From an uncultured Planctomycetaceae bacterium (GTDB lineage Bacteria > Planctomycetota > Planctomycetia > Isosphaerales > Isosphaeraceae): a stretch of 64,000 bases of DNA. The position numbers and the translations under genes are program-made. Under the pieces are notes generated by a model. That model did no database searches. It was not told the origin of the DNA and worked only from the letters and a program-made list of their open reading frames with translations. Within the stretch, counting starts at the first letter, position 1; the number at the start of each line of letters is the position of its first letter. The stretch spans positions 5,472,001 through 5,536,000 of the forward strand of contig CAWIAD010000002.1 of assembly GCA_963833985.1 (NCBI GenBank), in the 5' to 3' direction. Positions 1-9,396 of this stretch are shown here, in pieces.

Positions 1-541
1 GGCCACGGCGCGCTGGCAGGCGTCGTGGGCCACGCTTGCCGGATCAGCACCGGCGGACCCCCGGACAATCTCGCAGCCGGCGCGGCCGGCCCAGATCTTC
101 GAGCTGGTCCGCGGCCGCGGCGCGGAAGGTGTCGCAGGCGCCCAGGACGATCGATTTCCCCTCGTCCTTGAGCCTCTGTGCCAGCTTGGCGATGGAGGTC
201 GTCTTGCCGGAACCGTTCACGCCGGCGATCAGGTAGACGCTCGGCTTGCGGGCCGCAACAGCCAGCTCTCCGGGCCTGGGATCCTCCAGCAGGCCCTTCA
301 GCTCGTCCTTCACAAAGGCGATCAGGTTTTCGTCCACCGTCTTCTCGGCATACACCTCACGCACCCGGTCGATGATCCGGTTGGTTGAAACCACGCCCAC
401 GTCGGCCTGAATCAACCGGGCCTCCAGGTCGTCCAGGAACGACTGGTCCACCTTGCGGTTGAACCAGGTGCGCAGGTTGAACAGCTGGGCTGTGCGCGAC
501 AGTCCCTTCTTGAACCGTGCCAGCAGCTCCTTGATCGCCAT
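1..541 (-). CDS. ftsY: SRP receptor FtsY, 5' part; runs off the left edge; apparent +1 frameshift near 98
   Basis: NG-domain motifs [29 protein letters not shown]; shifted frame continues [26 protein letters not shown]. Confidence 0.95.
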
Positions 542-751
542 GGCCTCTTCACACTCGCTGGGTATTTCTAATTACTTGACCTGAGCGAACTTGCGGTTCG
601 TTCCGGGACGCTGAGAGCGGTCCCCTATTCAAACCACGATTCTAACGCGCAGGTCAAGCCCGGCACTTCTTCGCGCGGCAACCGGCGCTCAGGACCGAGA
701 CGCCGGTGCGCGCGGCGAGGGGACCCTGCCCGCTCACCCGGCACACTCGTC

Positions 752-1282
752 CTACTGGGCATTGAGCGTCCAGTAGGGGCCGGGACCATGGGCGATGCCG
801 AAGCGGCTGATATTCGGTGCCAGCAGGTTGCGGCGATGGCCCGGTGAGTTCATCCAGCCGTTGGCCACCGCCTCGGCCGTGGGGTAATTCCAGCCGCAGT
901 TCTGCACGCCGCACGGGTTGATGTGGTGGCCGATCCCGCGATGGCACTGCGCGGAGTTGTTCTGGCTGGCCCAGGCCGAAAGCGACGGGTCGTACGTCAG
1001 CGGGTGCAGCCCGGCCGCAGCGCGGAGACGGTTGACAATGCCCGTGAAGCCGTAGGGATCCGCCCCGCCGCAGTCGCAGGGGGCTGCCTGCGCCATGGCG
1101 GGCGCCGGTGCGGGTGCCGGCGCGGCTGGAGCGCAGGTTGCGGTGTGGCTGCGATGAGTATGGAACCGGCCCAGCAGACGGCTGAACGCGCCGCCGGAAG
1201 CCTCCTGGGCCTGCACGTGGGTGGTGGTGGAAAGCAGCGTGAAGAACGCGACGATCGTGATGTAATGTGCAGTCGGGTTCAT
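752..1282 (-). CDS. Secreted CAP/SCP (cysteine-rich secretory) domain protein
   Basis: Signal peptide, Pro/Ala linker, VNRLRAAAGL...WMNSPGHRRNLL CAP signature. Confidence 0.85.
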   Translation of the reverse strand: MNPTAHYITIVAFFTLLSTTTHVQAQEASGGAFSRLLGRFHTHRSHTATCAPAAPAPAPAPAMAQAAPCDCGGADPYGFTGIVNRLRAAAGLHPLTYDPSLSAWASQNNSAQCHRGIGHHINPCGVQNCGWNYPTAEAVANGWMNSPGHRRNLLAPNISRFGIAHGPGPYWTLNAQ

Positions 1283-1396
1283 CGGTGACACCCCGGTTGG
1301 CTCGAGTGATGAAGACACAAAGCCGAGCCGGGGATGCGCTGCAATCACTCAGGGATAAGCCGCCTCATCATGTCCCCGACTCGGCTCGCTACCAGG

Positions 1397-1411
1397 GCAA
1401 GCAGCGTGCCA
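1397..1411 (-). promoter_or_regulatory. Sigma-54 (-24/-12) promoter upstream of the CAP-domain gene
   Basis: Minus strand TGGCAC-GCTGC-TTGC matches TGGCAC-N5-TTGC, about 115 bp upstream of the ATG at 1282. Confidence 0.65.
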
Positions 1412-1867
1412 ATCTGGCGAGTCTGGGAGATTTGGGTTATCTGGCTTGGCAACCGTACTGGATGTGCCACGCACCCGGGTTGGAAGGACCCTGGAACCAC
1501 CAGTGGAACCGCGCGGCAGGTAAGATTTACAAGCGCGGCGCAAGAAAATTGGTAAAAGGCGTGAAATGGGGACTGTGCAGGGCTGTCTCGGACTGTGCAA
1601 TGAAGGCCGCCGGGCTCCGCGGGCTTTCTTCAAGGCGATGGGAGGCGGCACGTCAGACGGCTTGGCCGGGCCACGTCAGGCAGCGTTCCGCGACGTCCTA
1701 GCTTGTTCGCTGGCACGGGCCTCTGGAAAATGATTCCGCCCCAATAATAAACCGCGTCGGTCGAATTACCTTTGTGGAGCGGTGAGAGGCGGGTGCTTCC
1801 ACCGCCAGCGACCACACGAGGGTTTGCCGACGTCGAAGAGGGGTTCCGGAGTATCAGGAGACACAGC

Positions 1868-2692
1868 ATGGTCTGCTCGATGGTCAAGAAGGGACTGATT
1901 GGTGCGGCGCTTGGTGCCGGGGCTTTGTTCCTGGTCTTCGGCACTCACGCACCGAGCTACATGAAGACGGCCTATCACAAGGTCCGCCGGGACGTGAAAG
2001 ACTCCGTCCCGCTGCCGTTTGATATCGACCGGGCGCGTGAGGAGATCGCCAGCCTGGAGCCGGCGATTCGCGACAACATCGAGAAGTTGGCCCGGGCGGA
2101 GATCGAGGTCGAGGATCTCGACCGCGAGATCGGCGCCTTCCGCACGAACATGGAAACCGAGAAGACGGCGATCGTGACCTTGCGGAAGAGCCTGGACACC
2201 GGTGAATACCGGCTCGCCGGCCACAGCCGCGTGGCGTACACCGAGGACGAGGTCAAGGCCGACCTGGGCCGCCGGTTCGACGCCTACAACAACGCCAGGA
2301 AGATCCTCGAGGCCAAGGAGACGACCCTCAAGGCCAAGCAGAGCGAGACCATCGCGTTCCGCAAGCAGCTTGAGGCCATGATGGGCCAGAAGAAGATGCT
2401 GACCACCAAGCTCGACCAGATCGAGGCCAAACTGCACCAGATCGAGGCCACCCAGGCGGCCAACGAGTTCCAGCACATCGATGGCAGTGCGCTGTCGCGT
2501 GCTAGGGAGACCGTCTCCGACCTGGAAAAGCGGCTCCAGATCATGGAGCGGAAGGCCTCGATGGAAGCCCGCTACGTGGATTCGGGCGTGCCGGTGATCG
2601 TCAACCCGTCGCGCGACGTGGTCCATGAGATCGACGCGGACTTCGGGCTCAAGGCCTCCAGCAGCAATGGCAAGCCGGGCAAGAGCCTCTGA
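1868..2692 (+). CDS. Coiled-coil protein with N-terminal membrane anchor/signal, PspA/IM30-like
   Basis: AGGAG at 1856-1860; hydrophobic N-terminus, long heptad helices; PspA similarity judged by eye. Confidence 0.7.
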   Translation: MVCSMVKKGLIGAALGAGALFLVFGTHAPSYMKTAYHKVRRDVKDSVPLPFDIDRAREEIASLEPAIRDNIEKLARAEIEVEDLDREIGAFRTNMETEKTAIVTLRKSLDTGEYRLAGHSRVAYTEDEVKADLGRRFDAYNNARKILEAKETTLKAKQSETIAFRKQLEAMMGQKKMLTTKLDQIEAKLHQIEATQAANEFQHIDGSALSRARETVSDLEKRLQIMERKASMEARYVDSGVPVIVNPSRDVVHEIDADFGLKASSSNGKPGKSL

Positions 2693-2894
2693 TCCATCCG
2701 AGGCGACCCCCGCGTGCAAACCGGCCGGCCGGACACCTGGAACGATGGCCGGTGTCCGGCCGGCCGCACGACATCCTTCCCCGCCCTGCCCGAGCGTAAG
2801 CGACGGGCACCGGTCAGGTTGAGCAGCGTTCGCAACCCAGCGTAAGATGGTGGAGAGTGGCATCCCCATGGTCAATCCGGGCGGCGAGTCAACC

Positions 2895-4516
2895 ATGTTG
2901 GGACAATGGCGGATCATTCTGCGGCAGGCGGAAGAGGCCGCGCGGGCTGGCCGGTACGAGGAAGCCCTCGCCCTGGCCAGCCGGGCCGACGTGGCCGACC
3001 ATAACCAGGCGGTGCAGTTCCGCGGCCGACTGGGGCTGGATCTGCTCGCCCGGGCCAACCGCCGGGCCGCGGCCGACGACCAGGCCGGCGCAATCGAGGA
3101 CCTGTACCTCGCCGAGCGAATCGGTGCTCCGCCGGATTCGCTGGCCGCGGCCCGGCTGAGCCTGGCCGACCGCGTGGCCGACGAGATTCGCGCCGACCTG
3201 GACGCGGGCGAGCCGGCACGCGTGCTCGAGCGGATCGACGAGCTGACGCGGCACAAGATCGGCGGGCCGGCCCTGCGGCGCTATCGTGAGATCGCCGAGG
3301 CCTGGCACTCGGCCCTGGCGGAAGCACGCCGAGGCGAGTTCGGCCATGCCCATGAGCACCTCGACCGTGCCGAGCGGCTGGCGGCCGGCGCCGGAATGAG
3401 CGGGGCCCAGAACGCGGTGATCGCGGCCCGCCACGACCTGGAAACCAAGCAGAAGGCCGCCACACCCGGGGTGGAGGCCCTGTACACCGCCCTGGCCGAC
3501 GGCAAGTGGCCGCAGATCCTGGCCGCCGCCGAGACCCTGCTGGCCACGGTCCCCGAACATCCGGCCGCGCGGCAGGCGCGAGCCAAGGCCTGGCAGCAGA
3601 TCGCCGCCATCGGTCCGGCCGGCGCGGCACAGTGGCCGGCGCCCTGGCGCGCAAGGAGGCGGCGGTCCCGCTTGATCGGGAGCACCCGGAAAACGACCGG
3701 CCCGCTCCGGTGGCCTACCGGCCGCGCGGGGGCCAGGCTCGGGCGGTGACCAACCCGCAAGATCCGACGGCCGCTCCGGAGCACGAGGGCATCGTCTGGC
3801 TCACCGCCGGCGGCGATGGCCCGGCCCTTCCCCAGGGGTTCCGGCCGGTCCCTCCCCCCGCGCCGCGGCCGCGGACACCACCCGGCCGCCCCCTGGCCCG
3901 CTCCGAGGCCGCCGGCCCGAAGGGCCGGTTCCTCCTCTGGGTGGACGCCGTGGGCGGCTACCTGGTCTGCCTGGACGACCGCATCGTGCTCGGCCGGGCC
4001 GGGCCGGACAGCCCCGCGGATATCCCCCTGCTGGGCGACCTGTCGCGCAACCACGCCACCCTGGTGCGGAGCGGCGAGAGCTACATGTTGCAGGCCCATC
4101 ATCCCTCGTTCGTCAACGGCAAGCCGGTCATCGACCAGGCCATGCTGCGCGACGGCGACGTCATCCGCCTGGGCCAGACGGTGGAGCTGGAGTTCCGCCA
4201 GGAGAGCCCCATCAGCGCGACGGCCCGGCTGGCCGTGGTCAGCCGCCATCGCCTGCATATGGCCGTGGACGGCGTGCTGCTCATGGCGGAAACCTGCATC
4301 GTGGGCGGCCACGGCCCGGCCCACATTCCGGCACCAGCGCTGCCGGAGCCGGTGGTGCTCTACCGCCAGGGCAACGCCCTCTGGTGCCGGGCCCCCGGCA
4401 GCTTCGAGGTCGACGGCCGCACCTGTGCGGCACGCGCCCCGCTGACGTTGCAATCGAGCGTCCTGGGCGACGGTTTCTCCTTCAGCCTGGAACCTCTTCG
4501 TTCGCACCCTGTCTAA
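2895..4516 (+). CDS. Helical-repeat N-terminus plus C-terminal FHA domain protein (frameshift ~3640)
   Basis: ORFs 2847..3749 and 3506..4516 join; FHA motifs LGR...DLSRNHA...FVNG...LRDGDVIRLG. Confidence 0.8.
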
Positions 4517-4634
4517 GAGACGATGGGCCCGTGTCGGTAGCGTGAGGAAAACGGCCAGCCGGTACCAGAGTATCGCCAGATGCGGAGCTGAAGACGTGAT
4601 AAGAGCGACGGCCAAGCCACTGCCTGGCGCCACC

Positions 4635-6535
4635 ATGGACGAAACCGCCATCTATCAGGCAAATGACCTTTCGGGTTCCGGGCCCGACCAGCCCACGGGA
4701 AATGACCCCATGCCCAACGCCAACCCAGCACCGCAGGCGCAAGGCCGCTACACCTTCTGCTCAGGCTCACGGCCGCTCGACGGCTACACGATCAAGCGGG
4801 CGATTGGCCGGGGCGGATTCGGCGAGGTCTACTACGCCACGTCCGACGCGGGCAAGGAAGTCGCCCTCAAGCTCATCCTCCGCAACCTCGACGTCGAGCG
4901 CCGGGGCGTCAGCCAGTGCATGAACCTCAAGTGCCCGAACCTGCTGGCGATCCACGACCTGAAGACCAACGACGCCGGCGATGCCTTCGTGATCATGGAA
5001 TACGTGGCCGGCCCCAGCCTGGCCAGCGTGCTCAAGCAGTATCCCGAGGGCCTGCCGCAGAGCGAGGTGCGGCACTGGCTCAAGGGCCTGGTGGAAGGCG
5101 TGGCCTACCTGCATGACCACGGCATCGTGCACCGCGACCTCAAGCCGGCGAACCTGTTCATGGAAGAGGGCATCGTCAAGATCGGCGACTACGGCCTGGC
5201 CAAGCTGATCACCCCCAGCCACGGCAGCGAGCATTCCGAGAGCATCGGCACCTGCCATTACATGGCGCCGGAGATTGGCTCGGGCAAGTACCACAAGCCG
5301 ATCGACGTCTACGCCATCGGCGTGATCCTCTACGAGATGCTCACCGGGCACGTGCCGTTCGACGGCGAGACGGTCAACGAGGTGCTCATGAAGCACCTGA
5401 CCACGCGGCCCGACGTGACCATGCTGCCAGAGCCCTACCGCAGCATCGTGAACCGGGCCCTGGCCAAGGACCCGAACCAGCGGCCGGCGCGAGTGTACGA
5501 CCTGCTGCCGCCGGAGGATGCGCCCGGACCCCCGAGGTGCGGATCATCGGCGAGGGGAAGCAGCCGGTGGTGGGCGGTGGAGGCGCGGGCGCTGTCGGCA
5601 ACGGCGCCGCGCGGCCGCCGGCCGAGCCGGACGACATCCTGCGGATCGGTCCGGAAGAGCCCGTCTTCTACATCGGCCCGGAGACGAAGCCTCCCGTGCG
5701 CCGGCAGACGGTCCAGGAGCGGATCCGGGCCAACTGGCAGGCGATCCGCCAGCCGGCGGCCTACCAGCGGCCCGCACCGCGCCCCGGTCCGCCGCGCGCC
5801 CAGGAGCGGCCCCAGGCACGGCCCAGGCCCGCGGCGGGCCGTCCCGCCGTGCCGCCTCCGGCCCCGCGCCGCGCCGCGGCTCCCGCGCCGCCTCCGGAAG
5901 CCCCGCCTATCCCGAGCGCCCGCGTCCGCCTTGCGGAGCTGGCGGCCTCCATGGTGTGGGCGGCTCCGATCCTGGCTCTCCTGCTCTTGCCCCTGAGCGT
6001 GGCCATGGGCATCAGCCTGGACGCCAACCCCGAGCAGATCGCTTACCTCTTCGGCATGGGGCTCGTGGGCACCTGGTGCACGCTGGTTCCCGCCAAGCTG
6101 TTCGAGAACCGCTCGCTCGACTGGTCGTCGCGGCGCCTGATCGCGCTCGTCGCCGGCCTGGCGGTGGGGGCGGTGGCGATCGTGCTAGGCCGCACCTTGC
6201 AGGTGAACTGGCCGCTGGAGCCGGGTTACTTCGCCAATTCGCGTGATCTCGAACCGCTCTACTTCGGCGCCCTGTACACCGCGACCGCCGGCTGGGCCGA
6301 CCTGGCGACCCGCGGCCGCAAGAAGCGGTTCCGCCTGCTGCCGATCGGGCTGGCGGCCCTCCTGGCGACCGTACTGACGCCGCTCTGGCCCTACAAGAGC
6401 CCATCAGGCATCGCCGTGGCCGCCCTCATCGCCTGCACGGTTCAGGTGGTCAGCCCCTGGAGCGCACAGGCCGCCACCTATGCCCGCTATGTCCGCTACG
6501 TGCGGAAGCAGCAGCGCAACGTCAAGACGGCCTGA
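4635..6535 (+). CDS. Hanks-type Ser/Thr kinase with Pro-rich linker and multi-TM C-terminus (frameshift ~5530)
   Basis: GRGGFGEV, VALK, HRDLKPAN, DYG, YMAPE; ORF 5537..6535 supplies about 6 TM segments. Confidence 0.9.
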
Positions 6536-6603
6536 ACGAGCCCGCAGTATCCCCTGACGCTGGAAGCTGGGAGTTGGACCGGATCGATACGGGAGCCGAT
6601 GCT

Positions 6604-7605
6604 ATGGGAAAGCGGCTGTTACTGTTTGTTCTCCTGCTGGTGATGCTCGGGCTGTTCCTGGCCAACACCGATTCGCGGGTGCGCCATGAGCCGCAGTTCG
6701 CCCCGCCGGGCCAGCCGTTCCGGGTGGATCAACGGGCTCACCGCGAGGTCGTGCGCATTGCCCGGGAAGCGCGGGACCAAGCGCACGCGGCCGCACGCGA
6801 GGCACGCGACCAGGCACGCGAGGTTCTCGTGGAGGTCCATGACGACCTGCGCGATGCCATGAACGAGGTCCGTGAAGAGTTCCGCGATACCCTGACAGAG
6901 AGCGCCGACGAGCTTCGTGAGACGGCCCAGGACATACCCGTGCCCATCCTGCCAGGCACGCGCGTGGTCCAGGCCGTGGCGCAGCCGCCGGCCCGCACCC
7001 CGGTTCCGCCGACCGCGCGGCCGCCCCATCCCGCGGCCCTTCCGCATCCGCCCGCGCCCCCTGCACCTCCGGCACAACTCCGGCCGCCCGGCTTCCCTGG
7101 ACTGGTGGGGCAAGCTCCGCCGGCCCTGGCCGAGGCGAATCCCGGCGATGGCCACTGGCTCGCCGGGCTGATCTCGGCCACCGAGGACCGGGCCAGGACC
7201 GAAGCACGGAAAGAACTCGAGAAGGAAGTCAGCGAATGGCTTGAGCCGGCGGGCGTCCCTCGATCGTGGAAGCCGCCCGGCCGTCTCATCAGCGAGATGA
7301 TCCAGGAAACCCGCGTTGACCCGGTGGTCAAGGACTACGGCACGCTCTACGTGGCCAGGCTGCGGCTGGATGTCTCCGACCGGCGGCGCCAGGCCATGGT
7401 CCAGACATACAGGCACCAGCTTGTCCGCGAGCGCATCGTGCTTCTGGCCGGCGGCCTGACGTTCGTGCTGTCGTGCCTGGCAGCGCTGGCCGGCTACATC
7501 CGCGCCGACGAGGCGACCCGGGGCTATTACACCAACCCCCTGCGGCTCGTGGCTGCCGCGGGCGTGGGTGCGGCGGGCGTGTTGATCTACCAGATTCTGG
7601 CATGA
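6604..7605 (+). CDS. Membrane protein: N-terminal anchor, helical/Pro-rich region, C-terminal TM hairpin
   Basis: Hydrophobic N- and C-terminal segments; operon position; GC3-rich codons. Confidence 0.75.
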   Translation: MGKRLLLFVLLLVMLGLFLANTDSRVRHEPQFAPPGQPFRVDQRAHREVVRIAREARDQAHAAAREARDQAREVLVEVHDDLRDAMNEVREEFRDTLTESADELRETAQDIPVPILPGTRVVQAVAQPPARTPVPPTARPPHPAALPHPPAPPAPPAQLRPPGFPGLVGQAPPALAEANPGDGHWLAGLISATEDRARTEARKELEKEVSEWLEPAGVPRSWKPPGRLISEMIQETRVDPVVKDYGTLYVARLRLDVSDRRRQAMVQTYRHQLVRERIVLLAGGLTFVLSCLAALAGYIRADEATRGYYTNPLRLVAAAGVGAAGVLIYQILA

Positions 7606-7623
7606 CCCTGGGGGGCCGGGCCA

Positions 7624-8085
7624 ATGATGGAATTCCTGATCTTCGTGGCGGTGCTGTTGAGCGTGCCCGCCCTGGTGCTGGGCCTGATCCAGCTCATGGC
7701 GCCGCAATCGTCGGTTCATGAGGGAGTTCGCCGCCGGCTCACCCAGTTCAAGCTCTGGCAACTGCTGGTGGCCGTCATCCTTTGCGGCCTGCTCTTCTCC
7801 ATGACCACCGTCAACTACCCTGGCGTGCCCTTCACGCTGGCTCTCCTGATTGTGCTTTGCCTCTACTTGCGCACCTGGCGCGATGAGTTCATCTACCTCA
7901 TGGGCCTGCGCGATGAGGACTTTCCGGGCCGCAACGACAAGCTGGTCTGGATCCTGGTGCTGCTGCTCATCGCGCCCCTGGGCGCCTGGTTGTTCCGCTC
8001 CTTCCGGCTGGCCCACTGGCCGGAGCCCGAGCGGCGCGCCGATCCCGCGGCGGGAGGAGCCGAAGGCATGGTTCCGTCCTCCTGA
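7624..8085 (+). CDS. Small multi-TM protein with a PLDc_N-like motif
   Basis: 4-5 hydrophobic segments; NDKLVWILVLLLIAPLGAWLF resembles PLDc_N. Confidence 0.7.
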   Translation: MMEFLIFVAVLLSVPALVLGLIQLMAPQSSVHEGVRRRLTQFKLWQLLVAVILCGLLFSMTTVNYPGVPFTLALLIVLCLYLRTWRDEFIYLMGLRDEDFPGRNDKLVWILVLLLIAPLGAWLFRSFRLAHWPEPERRADPAAGGAEGMVPSS

Positions 8086-8228
8086 TCTTGTTCCCTGGCA
8101 CCTCATGCAGGGTGCTTGCTTCGCTCGCTTCGCCCTTCAGAAGGATAGGCAAACTCCCGAAGTGCGTTTAGAATTCATGTTTGGGAACCACCGCGGCGCC
8201 ACGATCCCAAACGGGGCGAAGATCCTCA

Positions 8229-8856
8229 ATGGCCACGACCGAGACCGACGCTCTGCTGATCCGCCAGGTGCGCGCCGGCGACGCCCTGGCCTGGAGCCAG
8301 TTGATCGAACGGTTCGAGGGCCGGCTGCTCGCGTTCGTCGACAGCCGGCTGCGCGACCGGTCGGCCAGCGAGGATGTCGTTCAGGAGACGTTCATCGGCT
8401 TCCTCACGAGCCTGCCGCACTACGATGAGAAGCGCGACATGGAGGCCTACCTCTTCTCCATCGCCGCGCACAAGCTTACCGACCATCTCCGCAAGCAGGG
8501 CCGGCGTCCCATCGACCAGTTTGGCTCGGACGACCACGGCCGACCGCTCGACGAGGTACCCGGCGGCGCCCGGGCCGCTTCGAGCATTGCGCAGTGGCGA
8601 GCGCAGGAAGGCCGAGGAGCAGCTCCTGGGAGACTCGATGAGCCACCTGGTGCGCGAGTGGCTGGCACGCGCGGATTATGACCGTATCCGCTGCCTGGAG
8701 CTGCTCATCGTCAAGGGCTGGGCCAACAAGGACGTCGCACGATACCTCAATATCACCGAGCAGGCCGTGGCCAGCTACAAGTTCCAGACCATCGCACGGC
8801 TCAAGGAAATGGCCCGCCGCGCCGGGCTGAGCCTCGACGAGCTGGCAGGAGGTTGA
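8229..8856 (+). CDS. ECF RNA polymerase sigma factor (frameshift ~8592)
   Basis: sigma2 GDALAWSQLIERF...EDVVQETF...YLFSIAAHK; sigma4 GWANKDVARYLNITEQAV in second frame. Confidence 0.9.
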
Positions 8857-8862
8857 ACCGTG

Positions 8863-9360
8863 ATGTCCGGCGACGCCAGGAGCAGGCCAGCATCCCCGGG
8901 CCAGGACCGGCACGAGCCGCGGGCACACCACCCGGAGCCGCCCATTGATGACCAGATCCTCCGCAACTACCTGGGCGACAGCCTGCCCCCGGAAGAGCTG
9001 GCACGGGTGGAGAAGGCGCTGCGCGACTCCGCCGAGCTGCGGGCACGGCTGGAGGATGTTCGCAACAACCGCGAGGATTTTCAGCTCCACACCCTGGGCA
9101 GCATCTGGCGGCGCAACCGGGTGACCTGCCCGACACGCCAGCAACTGGGCAGCTACCTGCTGGACGCCCTTGACCCGGAGCTGGCCGCCTACATCAAGTT
9201 TCACATCGACGTGGTGGAATGCCCGTTTTGCCAGGCCAATCATGCGGATCTGGAGCGGCGCCAGGCGGGGCCTCCCCCCGAATCAACCGTCGACCGGCGC
9301 GGCCGGATCTTGAAGAAGGTGCAGGACCTGCTGGGCGAGGAACGGCGTGAGAACCGATAG
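8863..9360 (+). CDS. Soluble zinc-finger (zf-HC2-like) putative anti-sigma factor
   Basis: Directly after the ECF; LGSYLLDAL...HIDVVECPFC motif; no TM segment. Confidence 0.7.
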   Translation: MSGDARSRPASPGQDRHEPRAHHPEPPIDDQILRNYLGDSLPPEELARVEKALRDSAELRARLEDVRNNREDFQLHTLGSIWRRNRVTCPTRQQLGSYLLDALDPELAAYIKFHIDVVECPFCQANHADLERRQAGPPPESTVDRRGRILKKVQDLLGEERRENR

Positions 9361-9396
9361 CCTGAACGGCGTTACGTTCTCGGGCGGTTTCCTTGA

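Noticed and set aside
8580..8600. Programmed frameshift in the ECF or other genes
   Set aside because: No slippery heptamer seen; indels are spread over unrelated genes, consistent with read error
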